Positions 1 to 11,741 of a DNA stretch of 40,329 nucleotides are shown here, piece by piece. Source of the stretch: Paraglomus brasilianum. Lineage: Eukaryota. Under the pieces are notes generated by a model. That model made no database searches, had not been told where the DNA came from, and worked only from the letters and a program-made list of their open reading frames with translations. Location of the stretch: NCBI GenBank assembly GCA_910592345.1, contig CAJVPI010000237.1:1-40329 (forward strand), read 5' to 3'. How positions within the stretch are numbered: position 1 is the first letter of the stretch; the number at the start of each line of letters is the position of its first letter. Position numbers and translations under genes: made by a program.

Positions 1-1209
1 AGAGGACCCGTGCCAGATCCCTTCACCGCAGGCGAGCACTGGTGAGAGTGGTGAGTAGAGGGGCGTCACCGGTAACTGCCCGCTGCCCGATCCAGATCCG
101 CTCCCGTCCACTAGTTGAGACAAAAGAGAGTGGCCACCTAGTTAACCAGTTTAAAAAGCAATATTCTGTTAGCAAACAATTATTTATCCCCAATTTACCT
201 ATTGCCAAATTACATCTATCGTCCTTCCTCCCAACGCCAACTCCTTTCTTTTCTTTATGGTTCTCCGCTCCGCTTTGTTAGTTATGGGTGTATTGTTTAC
301 TATATACAGGGGCTTTTGATACACTATCTAATATGCTCAAGCGTTCGAATGCTTTGTAGGGGGTCGGTGATTGCAGAGGTGGATGAAACGGAAAAACTCG
401 TTGTTGCAAACGAATTTGTTGAATTAACAGACTGTTGCAAATTATTAAACAATGTCTGCTGATTATTATAACTAGTCAAATTGGTCATTGACGAATTTTT
501 AGATGCCGCAAAAGAATCATTCGATTCGAATATGGATTCATAACGCTCATTGGGCGATTAGAACTGACCAAGTTTGTTGTTCGACGATTATTCAAGTTGA
601 TATTCTGATACAAGACTGGAGTCTAGGACTAGATTGCCGTCTTGGAGTGGCAACTAACATGCCAGGAGTTGTGCTGCTTCTCAATTGAGGTTGCTTCACT
701 GGTTGCGACTGGGATACTTGTGAGGACGGTTGCAAATTTGACGTATAGTTTCTAAATGGTGAGAAAATATCTTCGACTTCGAATTTACGACTAGATAATG
801 TGTCGGATTATGGGTGTCGCGCTTGGTAGCGAAAGTTGATGAAGTGGGCGACACGGTCCTTGTCGAAACAGGCGTCGTTGTACTAGAACTTCTTCTCTGC
901 CCACGTTCCATCCGGGATCCGTGAAACTCTTGAAATGTTTTCCTATTACATGCGTAGTATCATCGACTTTCAATTTATATATCTCGAGTTTCTATTTCTA
1001 TTGAGTATGAGATTTTTTTTTCTTCTGCTTTGCGATGGAGAGTAACGATATAGTATCGAAGTGTTATATGTAATATAGAGTATCAGCATAGAAATTGTTC
1101 GTTGTTGTATTTGCGTTTTGGAGGAGGAGGAGTTGTATGTGCAATGGAGGAAAGAGTCTGGGTATATATATATGTATGAGTAGACGCGTTGGATGACGAA
1201 AGATGACAT
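1..1209 (-). pseudogene. Frameshifted Ser/Thr/Pro-rich coding-like region running off the left edge (pseudogene or indel-error-ridden gene)
   Basis: Protein-like low-complexity stretches on the minus strand lie in different frames: ERGQRRSSSTTTPVSTRTVSP, SRKFEVEDIFSPFRNYTSNLQPSSQ, IFESNDSFAASKNSSMTNLTSYNNQQ, and after a GTAAAT...CTAG intron-like gap GHSLLSQLVDGSGSGSGSGQLPVTPLYSPLSP. About four frame changes are needed to join them. No domain recognised. Confidence 0.35.
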
Positions 1210-2197
1210 ATGTTGGTACTACTTGACAACCTTATAAGTATAAATGTCTTATCTTATGCAGCAAGGAGTGCGAGAATCTGCGACTGTCAACCAATAGTAA
1301 AGCATACAGGTATCGATATATTGCCTAGGGTAACACGTCGTTACATCATATCGTGATTGACGTACAGAGGAACAATAGTATCAATGTGACATTTCACTGC
1401 ACACGAGTAAAATTTTTTTTCACTATTAAAAGTCCGATAAGTCACGCGTATAATTTAATTAAACTGACTAATATTGTTATCTACGCAGTAAGGAGTGTGA
1501 GAGTTTGCAGTAGCAGTGCAGTGTAACATATTACATCATATTGCGACTGACTGTCACGATTGATAGTGATCGATATGATTGTCTAGCCGAACAATAATTA
1601 GATGGTAATTCTCCCTGTATATAGTGATAGAATAAGTCTTTTTTATGTATTATATTTATACTATTATTGTAACAAATGTTCTTACTATAACATTTTGCTT
1701 GCTTGAATATATGGTTGTCCCTCTCTACAGTCACATTATCAGTTTTTCTGAAACCAGCGACTGTAAAGAGGAGTATATATACAATTCGTTGTAAAGTGCT
1801 TTTACAATTTTATTGTAAAATCTACAAAATGGCCTTCTTACAACTTGATATTCGTTTTATTTATTTAGTTAGCCGCTAGCTCTTTGTACCCGTCAAAGAT
1901 TATATCACTTATTTCTACTACAGACGTTGTACATTTTATTAATACACGTAATGGCCCCCATTTAGCTTTGAAAAGTCATGCCTCTCTCAACTGGAAGTAT
2001 TAAAATATTTTGCATTCTAAAATTTTGTCAAGATCTTATGACAATCTCCGATTTTAGCCATTGAATCACATGTGAACTGCTCTATTTTAGCAAACAATCA
2101 GTACGTGGCTGTGCAAATTTGCGAGAAACTTCTCCCATCTACTATTATAAAATGCGGCTAATGCACAAATAATAAGCGATAATGCATGTGGATGGAT

Positions 2198-2530
2198 TGA
2201 CATGTTCTGTTTGGGCGTGTTTATTCATTAAAATGTAGTTAATGTATTTCGTTCGTACTTGACTTTGCGTATTCGGTGGAGTTAACGGCTCCGAATTTTA
2301 ACCCTGCACGCCTTTTAAACATGGTTCGTTCAAACTCACACCCATTTATTGATAATCTGACATGTTCCGTTTGGGCTCTCCTCGCACGTCCTTAAGCATC
2401 GTACAGACACCCACCCCCATTCATGCATGGCTAGTTTGACAATGACATGTTTCCGTTTGGTGTCTTACTTATTGAAGTATAGTTCTTTGAATAGCCCTGT
2501 GCGTCCTTAAACATGATTTGGTCACTCACC
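2198..2530. repeat. Degenerate local repeat, about 3 copies
   Basis: TGACATGTT(C/T)(C/T)GTTTGG-like motif at ~2198, ~2358 and ~2443, interleaved with a GCACGTCCTTAAACAT-like motif at ~2305, ~2384 and ~2498. Confidence 0.6.
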
Positions 2531-4062
2531 ACGTGTTAAGAAATTTGTTTCTTACCTTTTTTTTTTTTTTTTTTTTTTAATATTAGTCTAGAACAATCGA
2601 TGATGGTTGGGATTTCAGTCTTTTAGATTCGATGTGTTTGATTCTCTTTGGATTCGATTTGTTTAGTTGTTTGTCATTACATACATAGAACGGTTGCAAG
2701 ATAATACGGGTTTACATAGGAAAAAATATGTCATGTGAATGTAGTTCAGTCTTATTGTTATAGTGCAACAACATTCCTGGTGTGGTATTGATGTTAGAGA
2801 CGACTTCCTTAAGACAAATTGTGCATAACATAATCAGCGAACTTGCTCAATACTTTCGCTAAGTAAGGATTAACAAGCGGTAGGATTTGATAAAAAAGAG
2901 GTTGTAATCTATGACGTTACATACGTACGTGTACTTGGTCTCTCGTGATTTTTGCGTACTTATCCCGTCAATTAGATTCTCACAGATAATCACACTACTA
3001 GCAAGGTGCAAACTAAGACTGTAGGAAATTATATCAGATGTGGTAAGCTCTTTGGTATGATTGAGTTAATTCATAGATAACAATCTTTTTTAATGTCCAA
3101 TATCAAAAGTCAATTCAGAAAAGGAATATTTATTCCATTATAGCCTAATCTGGCATTTGATATCAATATCAAAGGCATAAGAGACTATGGTAGAACACCC
3201 CCGAAGCACGAATGGTACGTGAGAATTTCCTTCTGGCAATGAATAAATGCCTTTGTATCAATGAGATAGACTGGATGATTTACGAAGTACTTTTGGGAAG
3301 TCCACTTTCCTCTGGTGTTCAGGATTACTAGATTTGTATGCTTTGCTTCATTCAAAAAAAGAACGAGTCTATCATTGCCAGGTCGGAATTCGAGGGCAAG
3401 TCTTAGTACAAAATGACATCCAGCAATTCAACTATGGCCAAAGTCAGCAACAGTTATTTTACGAACATCCACCAAAGAAAGGACAACATCCGTTTAATTG
3501 AATTTATTTTACTGTCTTACAATAGATAGCGCGCTGTTCCAACATATTACCCTCAGCACTGTTATATACATAACTGAAATACGTGCGTAATTACGTTAAA
3601 GGAATGCCGAATAGACCATTATAGTTAGCATTTTATAATCAAAAAGGGCAGAGCACCACCATCAATTACAAAGTCGCGCAATACTAACAGATTGCAGATA
3701 ATCCTATTTTTTACATTTACGTTTACGCTTGATCTGTTGGAAGACAACGTAGCAGGGTTACATTGCGTGTGTGTGAATGAGAAAAATCCAGTCGCAAAAG
3801 GACGTTAACATATGTTCCGGTTAGAAAACAAAAGGGCTATCAACAGTATAGAGTCATTGACACTGTTTGTTATGGATTTTGTATTGGTGATGAGCAAACG
3901 AATTCTATCGCCAGTATAAGAATGTTGTAAAAGAGGGTTACTTAAAACGGGCCAAAATGCAACACATTATTAGTAGATCGGTCAGGGAGAGGGAGATGAT
4001 ACGGAGGTAAACGATAATGAAAGGGCAGAGGAATTATAGGAAGACATAATGTAATTTGATAA

Positions 4063-4095
4063 TTGACATTGACATTGACATTGACATTGACATTG
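4063..4095. repeat. (TTGACA)5.5 hexanucleotide microsatellite
   Basis: Perfect tandem TTGACA copies read directly from the sequence. Confidence 0.95.
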
Positions 4096-7000
4096 CGTAT
4101 GTTCATAGATATTATTATATAACTAGATTTAAAATTTTATAGGGGGCTTCGCCACTTGTGGCTGTTAAGAAGTGCCACTTGCGAATACGTTTAATTTTGT
4201 ACGGTATATATTTATTGTGATGCTGAGGTCCACATGTTCGATTGCTATTACCTAATCGTCGCGGGCTCATTACGTTCGTTGTCACAGATACATATTGCCT
4301 TTTCAGAGAAGCAAAACTATCATAACTACGTTTGTTGAGAAGGGGCATACATGATAAAAATACACATTTGCGCGTTATACTCCAGCAGATAAAGGAGGGA
4401 ACGATTAACGAATATGTCATCACAAAATTTTCCTGACTTTAACCCTTTGCTGTTAGTCTCATCTGATGTTTAGATGGGGAATAAGCTGGAGATTTGATTA
4501 CGCCAAGTTCGAGCGAGGGGTACATTGTTGCAGACTTCTGACATTTGATCTGTAGAGTGGAAATAAATAGATGTTACATGGCTGTTTAATTGAAAGAATG
4601 TAAACCTAATTTATACGTACTGTATGTAGCAGCATGTCTTCTAGTTTCGTGACAGCCAGCTAATCCAAGGATGTCATCAACCACGAACCAGTTAAGATTT
4701 TTTTTTTGGTATGTAGACATCGGAAGTGAATGGTAATGGATTCGCTAAGGATCTACAATGGGAATCGAGTGGATGAAATGTTTTTTTTTTGTTATTAGGA
4801 AAGAGATCTAGTATGATGAAACATTATATTTTTCAGATGTACAGCGTGAAGGGAGAATATCTGCCTCATTTATAGAGTGAGAACAGAACGGCACATTTTT
4901 TGGTATCACTATTATATTAAGTGTAAGCGTAGCGAAAGCCAATGGAATTATTAGATATGATGTGTAATTTGGTGCATCGAAACAAATAGTAATTTTTTTT
5001 CTTTATATTTTTCTGGTACAAGAATATTTACAAAAAAATAATAATAAAAATATGGTATAAGTTAGATTAATTTTCACGTAATTTTTTACTATGTTGGTAT
5101 GCTTGATAAGTTAGGAGAGCGATGAGCTAAATAGTTTAAATGTAAACAAAAGACATAAGAGCATTTAGCGAAAGAGATTGGGATAAGACTTTATTTGTTA
5201 GTAGCAAAATATAGAGGAATCGTTGTGAGAGGGAAATTTGACTATTGGAATTCATTATAAGAAATATTTGCGGAAATGGAAGATACGTAGTCATCGGTTT
5301 GGTACACTGTGTATGCACGGTAACTTACTGTATTGACACACTTAATAAGGTAGAGCAAGCATACGCTGGGAAAATGTATAGTATAGTAGAAGAACAAATG
5401 AGTATTACAATAAATAATTTCTTTAGTATTACTTTCTGAGAAAGCATCATTGAATAAGATATTGTTTTGTTGGTCCTTCTGTGTCAGATAAATAATCAAG
5501 CTTGTTTTAGTAGTCGTGACAAGAATATTACGGGAAATGGGAAATACGAGTTATCGGTCTAATATATATAACTTCCTATGTTAAAGACGCACAATGTGTA
5601 GTACAAGAATAGTAAATCAATAGAATTAAATAGTTTAGTGAATTTTCGGAAAAATGTAAGTATAAGTAGTATCAATTTGTTGATTCATTTACAAGTAATG
5701 GAATATGATTCGATATTAACGAAAATATGGCTAATTATATCAATAGATCATAGTGAAATATGAGTGTAATCGCGTAAATTAAAAAATGAAGTGGATGGGT
5801 TATTTCTAGACGTTCATATTTGCATATGACAGTTTGATCAACTTGTTTATCTAAAGCAGGGAATTTCTACGATGGTGCACGGCTGAGTTTGACCAGTAGC
5901 GAAAAATTGTTTATCCAGATGTAGAAATATGTGTGGCGATGTTAGCCTCGAGACCACTGTAAAGGAATTGTTTGCAAGAGAATTTATGCCATTAACGTGT
6001 ACTAGAAATCTATTACCAAGAAAGTAACGTAGATTTGGTCGAAAACTACTTAGACTGGTAGTATGTTGATAAGAGAAAGATATTTCTTTGGTATATTGAG
6101 AGGGATTGGAGCTAGAGTAAGGCATGTTCGATTATTATTGGAATTTGATTTGCATTAAATTAGCAAATTGCAATTTTGGCTAGGCGTGGATTAGTATAGT
6201 AAGATTTGTTTGCAAAGGATAAGCAATGGCATTATTTCTGACCTACCCATTTCGCAGATTGCGCGCGAGCAATAAGAACAGGGAATGCATGGAAACGAAG
6301 CTTAATCTTCTTCATAAAGTAGGCGTAAAACTTTTTGCAGTTTATCGGAAGGACGCCAGTATGTGGTATTTGAAGGATTCTCAGATGATTATACACTATA
6401 TTTGTCAGAGGGGGTTGCCGAAAAAAAGCTCTCTGATCATAACAGTATTATTCCTAATATATTAAAAAAATTTTGTGAGCAAAAAGTTCGGATTGTAGTA
6501 AGCTGAAACAAATTAGCGTTTGTTTGATATATGAGAAGCATGAAATTGAGTATATGATACATTATTATTATGGTTAACGCATATGTGATTATTATAGTCT
6601 TGATAATAAATAATAAAATATGTTGCCTTCATTGACTATTCAATTCCAATTTGACATATGTCAATTCTAGATTGACATAAATTCCAAATTGACATACAAC
6701 AATATCAACAATTGTTAGGAGAAATGCAATCGATATTCCAAAAGGATTTGTACTAGTCCAACAATCTAAACTGGTATGTAGGTAGATGGTAGATAGGAGA
6801 AAGATTTTCTTTTGGAATAGGTACATCATGGATAACTAGTATTGGAGTGAGTGTGTAAGGCACGGTTGATCATTGAGATTCCATGGATTAACCACTTCCG
6901 CTGTTTATGTTGAGGATGGTATGTCAATATTGGATATATAAACACTGTATCTGTAAGCACAAAATTTTTCATTGCTGAGGGTGCTGGGAATTCAACCCTG

Positions 7001-7947
7001 CAAGGCTCCACTTCCCACGGGATCATCTGCAGGATGATTCAAACGCGTTAACAGGTCATTAGGCATTCAAACCAAGAGCTTCTGTGTTTTCAGCTGTAAG
7101 ACCAGTCATTAAGAACAGTCCATTCATTATCACATCGTCATTTGTGTCCAAACCGTATTCATCCACAGTCGTCTCTTTGCCTTAATCACTACTATTCCTT
7201 CAGAAGAGATTTCAACGCTTTGTTCTGGATGTGATTTCATGGTTTTCAACATTATATGTAATAGCGCTTATACATATACGTTACTTGCTACTTCCGCGCG
7301 CGAAATTATAAGCTATTTCAGCACGCATCTGTGCTATGAAAACGCTTCCCCAAGCTAGGTAGTCGGTAGAACATAGAGTAATTAGCCAAACCATCCCACA
7401 ATAATTATCATTAGTCATTAGCCAAATCATTCCATAGTAATGATCATTAACCATTAATCAGATAAACTGGTTGTGACAACTATTGTACTGCTAATTAATC
7501 GGAGGATAACAATAAATAAACAAAAAAAAATAAACATCCGGTTCGATTATTTGAATTTATCAGCTAATAGAATGCAGTTTTAGAAGAAAATCTTAGCGCT
7601 AAATAGCTTAACAATTGTATTATATTTAGGGAAAATATGTTGCCAAAATTGTATTAGTATTGTTGATATCCGATAAAAATGTGTAAATTCAGCATGAAGA
7701 TAAATGAAATAATTTTCGGAACATTATCTTGTCCGTGAAAAGAAGGCATTAATTATTTTACAATGCAAATAGTATTGATTGACACCATGTTGTCAATAAG
7801 TATGGTATGTCGAAAAGGGCTTATTTAACAACTTATTATTACATAAGAGAACTAGAAACCTGCATTATCGAACAGACAACAAACATGATTACTTTTATTA
7901 AACAAATAACAAATAAATAAACAACTATTGCAAATACATGTAATGTA

Positions 7948-8829
7948 TTATTCTACTCTGTCATCATCTTTGTTCTGCTCCACCGGCATTGTAATCTCAT
8001 TCAACGCATTAGCAAATTCCAGAACGTAATCATTTAGTTTCTTGTTAGCAGCCAATAACGTAACGCTCTACAATCGTCTGTAATGAAGTCACAATCATTC
8101 AACAAAGAAGATAGGGTTTTTTGTCTAATCCATGCGAGATGTTGTTCTCGCAAAAACCCTAGTTCCTCGAGAGACCTATCAAATTTATCTTTAACGCAGA
8201 TGACCTCCCACTGAGTGCTCGATTGTATGTTTCCGGCTGTCTGTAGTCCGTCAAATTGTTGCCAAATCCAGCAGTCAGAGGCGATAACGTCTGTCATAGT
8301 CAGCGGCTGAATCGCGGATGTAGAATCTTAAAAAAGATATGCTGACTGCTCTGAAAGATTGTTGTATGACACACAGTCTTTCCTGTCAAACCAACTTCTT
8401 CTGCAGTGAACTCTCTAAGACGTTCAGGTAAAAATAGCCAATGGTTTATTGAATGTTCTTTAAAGTCAAAAAGCCGGGATGCAATAAAGAACTGCCTGTA
8501 AATGTCAGTAGAAGCCTGAAAGAGATAGATTGTATTAGAAAAAAGCAGTACATTTCAACACTCGATTTGATATTACTTATGCAATTAGTTGTATTACGTG
8601 CTGTTGTTCTTGACATCCTACAGAAGTCTTTTGCATTAATGGTGCAGTAATGCTTTAACTTAGAATAGACTTGCATTACATCATATGTGAAGGCCAATTC
8701 TAAATTAAATAAATGATAATAACGTCAATAGGTGTGCCAATTAAAACACTCAAAGTTTTGCACCAGGAGACATACTTTTATGGTGACGTGTTGCTGACCT
8801 GTACAGAAAATAAGTTAAAATATATATAT

Positions 8830-8879
<50 letters not shown>

Positions 8880-9650
8880 CTTTTACGCCATTTACCATAA
8901 AGTGTTTGAACAATTATTTTTTTTGCATCAAAAAAAGTCGCTGAGCATGAACACCGCTTGGGAAGAACAATTGTACCATGGTCATATTCTACAAAGAGAC
9001 TGCCATATTCGGTATTTCTCCATTGCTCGAAAAAATGATACCAATTTGCCGAGCCATGATATTCATTTGCATGAGAAACACAAAAGATGGTACCTATACA
9101 AAATTGCAAATTTAATTTGTTGGCTTGTTTAGTTAACAGATGATGAAGTTCTATAACTCACTGCCACATTCTAGACAACAAATGGTCGCAGGCTCTTCAC
9201 AAAATTTACATGTATCGGCAAACGACATGGCTTGATTTTGTATGTCGAAGTCTATCACACTAGGTACCATTCCAATTAGCATGGAGTTGGTTCATTCGCT
9301 CTCTGTAGGAATTTTTTTGTCTTTCCACCATCTCCAAAAGATTTGCCGATGAAAAGTCGTCATCTGAATCATCTGATAATGGCTCTTGATAACTATAAGT
9401 AACATGTGAAATGTCAGCATAAAAACATGGTATTATTAAAATTGACTTTACTATTCTAGTGTTATAACATACTCTGGGTCACTACTTTCAATGTCTGGGA
9501 GTGTTCTGAATCCTCGAAGCTTTCTGATGACGACTTAACCAACGATCTAATTTTGCGAGCGTCCTCTTTGGTGACTTGTGGATCAATTCCAGAAGAGCTG
9601 GAAGAAATAACCATTTCGAATCTACGAATTATAGAATTTCTGGGTAATTT
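7948..9650 (-). mobile_element. Decayed, intron-containing KDZ (Kyakuja-Dileera-Zisupton)-like transposase gene; Cys cluster and C-terminal helix visible, catalytic core not recognisable
   Basis: Spliced translation gives CKFCEEPATICCLECG/TIFCVSHANEYHGSANWYHFFEQWRN, then RCSC...IIVQTLYG/QQHVTIKVC, then LAFTYDVMQVYSKLKHYCTINAKDFCR, and near the end KFDRSLEELGFLRE. This order matches the CxC-type cysteine cluster and the R..EE..L C-terminal motif I recall for KDZ transposases. Stops and frameshifts are present. Element ends not found. Confidence 0.6.
8843..8877. repeat. (AG)n microsatellite inside a predicted intron of the KDZ relic
   Basis: Perfect AG run preceded by (AAAG)n and (TA)n. Confidence 0.95.
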
Positions 9651-9683
9651 GTTTATGCTGTTTCAAAATTATTTTTTGTGAAT

Positions 9684-10380
9684 CAATAATAGAATAAATA
9701 ACCAATAAACATGACAGATTTCATTAATTGAAATGTCTACCTTATAATATAAATCATCCATATCGCTTGTTATATCAAGTGAAATCAATTTTGCTCTTTC
9801 AGAAGTAGGTAAATAATATGAGCGTAGGGTAGGCCTAAGACAATCATACGAAATCCATTCCAAATACGATTCGTTTGCCGAGTTAGTCTGATCCCTTAAT
9901 AATTCATCAAGTTTCTTGTTGTTGCTAGTCCATCTATCAGACAACTGTTTATGCCCACAAATACACCACATCTAAGCATTCCGCATGCGGAGCAGAATCC
10001 ATAACGAGAATAATAATGGTGAAAATTTCTCACAGTAACCATGTAATAGTTATCGTCATGCTTGGTAAATCCATATATCAAGCTATTGCGAGTCTTAAGC
10101 TATTCTGCATATCTTATGAACAGCGGTAGTGAAGAATTGACATGACATTTCGCCTTGGATGCGAGTACTTGCGGCCTCACTCATGAAGGCTGGCGTACAT
10201 TCTTCATTGTTTCCGAGCAGTAACAGCATCATATCCGCATACCATATTTGTGCATAGTAGATAGTTTGGTCTGCAATATTTTGACTGGACTCTATGCTAA
10301 TAAACTCCTCGGAAGGGAACCATGAATAAAGTAGTCAATTGCTTGCATTTGATCAGACGGATTATGCATATTATCAAATC
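9684..10380 (-). pseudogene. Pseudogene copy of exon 1 of the N-lobe-repeat pseudokinase gene at 34961-37456
   Basis: Near-colinear nucleotide match to 36726-37450 (e.g. tgtctaccttataatataaatcatccatatcgcttgttat; atatgagcgtagggtaggcctaagacaatcata). TGG>TAG nonsense change near 10100 and short deletions near 9895, 9970 and 10325. Similarity stops inside intron 1. Confidence 0.9.
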
Positions 10381-10515
10381 ATTGTAGTACAGATGTAACT
10401 AAGAAAATCTATAAGACGTTAAGGGCAAAGAGACTTTGACAAGTATTAAGTATAAACAAATGGATAACTTTCACACTGTTCTAAACAATATAAAAAGTTT
10501 TATTGGAAGGCATTG

Positions 10516-10705
10516 AATCCTCCTTAGAAAGTGTAAAAACAAAGACTTAAGACCTGAATGAATACCTTACGAGGAAATCACCGACATAAGTCAAGCCAAA
10601 TTGACGTATTATACTATTCGCAAGCTGACATTTATGATCATGATGATGAAACGATGATAATACTTGGAAGTAGCGAAGAATGTATACCAACACTTGTGAG
10701 GCGTT
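10516..10705 (+). pseudogene. Relic of the first degenerate N-lobe of the kinase family
   Basis: aatcctccttagaaagtg...acttaagacctgaatgaataccttacgaggaaatcacc matches 39635-39699; ttggaagtagcgaagaatgtataccaacacttgtgag matches 31601-31637. Frameshifts and stops present. Confidence 0.8.
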
Positions 10706-11255
10706 TTTGGTTAGCTTCGTGAGCAAATCCAAATTGGTTTAATATTAATCAATGGGATAAACTGCTACAAGTCAATTTAACAAGCGAACATATAACCTAC
10801 CGCAATATTCGACAACGTGGTATCATCTTTGATTTTGTTTCGACGTGATTTGCGCATACAGTCCTACCTCATTTGTATCCCCCTATTGTATCCCGACCTG
10901 CTTCGCCTTAACGAGTTTGACTTGTATATCGACCACATCGTCTAAGGAGAATCGAATTACGTTATCAGTTTTCTGCCGACGTATGGGTCAAAAAACTTCA
11001 AGTTAAGACATATTTACCTTTTTTGTTGACGGCTATACCTAGTACTAGTCGTTTAGATATTATATGACAAGAGTCTAACATGTGAATTAATATAAATAGT
11101 TTATACAACGCGTCTATTCTATTGAGATAAACTTTTTTGTGAAATTACGTATTATTACGTTATCGGCAATTTCAAAGTTAACATACTTACTCATCGTCAC
11201 CTAGTTATCAGTAATTCAGACATCCATAAAGTCATTGACGAGAAACGAACGAATA

Positions 11256-11421
11256 CAGCCAACTCTGTTTATACCGGACCGTGTTGCCATAGCTCTCTGT
11301 TCGGAACCGGTGTATGGAAAGTTTATAAGAGCTCCAGTATAAACAAAGAATTTTCATATGAACGAACGGTGCGCCCGTCCGGTATAAAGATATACATTTC
11401 CGGTATAAACAGAGTTGACTG
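11256..11421. mobile_element. 166-bp MITE of the Tc1/mariner-pogo type
   Basis: 23-bp terminal inverted repeats CAG(C/T)CAACTCTGTTTATACCGGA at 11256-11278 and 11399-11421 with one mismatch, flanked on both sides by TA (11254-55, 11422-23). Internal CC(G/A)GTATAAA subrepeats. No coding capacity. Confidence 0.9.
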
Positions 11422-11741
11422 TATATGATTGAGGCATGCCGCGTTGAGGAAGGTGAGGTTTTACTATAAACATAATACTTATATATTACTTCATTATTAA
11501 TTGATTCAAGATTTAGTAATGCTCCTTATGCTTTTGACGTGAATAAGTGTTATTGATGAAAATATGTGTTGTACTTTTAAATGTGGCGTATTCTAGCACA
11601 AGCAAGTATTAGATCGTACCACGACAATTTTCTCGGCATAAAAGCCAATGCAATCATAATATTTTATTCAAAGCAAAATTTATACTAACAAAGGACAATC
11701 AGATATTTGATTATACTAAATGCAAACGATCGAGCCTGCCC

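Noticed and set aside
3150..3480. Possible kinase relic on the minus strand (KITVADFGHS)
   Set aside because: Only one short DFG-like motif; no other subdomains convincingly in order.
4063..4095. Tandem bacterial -35 boxes (TTGACA)
   Set aside because: Fungal context with no associated -10 element or gene; simple microsatellite.
5100..6470. Short ORFs and a diverged ~50-bp duplication (about 5258 and 5520) in a purine-skewed region
   Set aside because: Possibly old transposon debris, but no domain or terminus could be supported.
6630..7240. Coding-like decayed sequence on the minus strand
   Set aside because: Multiple stops and no recognisable motif; cannot be assigned without a search.
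8713..9132. 139-aa ORF with an ERERER tract
   Set aside because: The tract is the (AG)n microsatellite; the coding signal is on the opposite strand.
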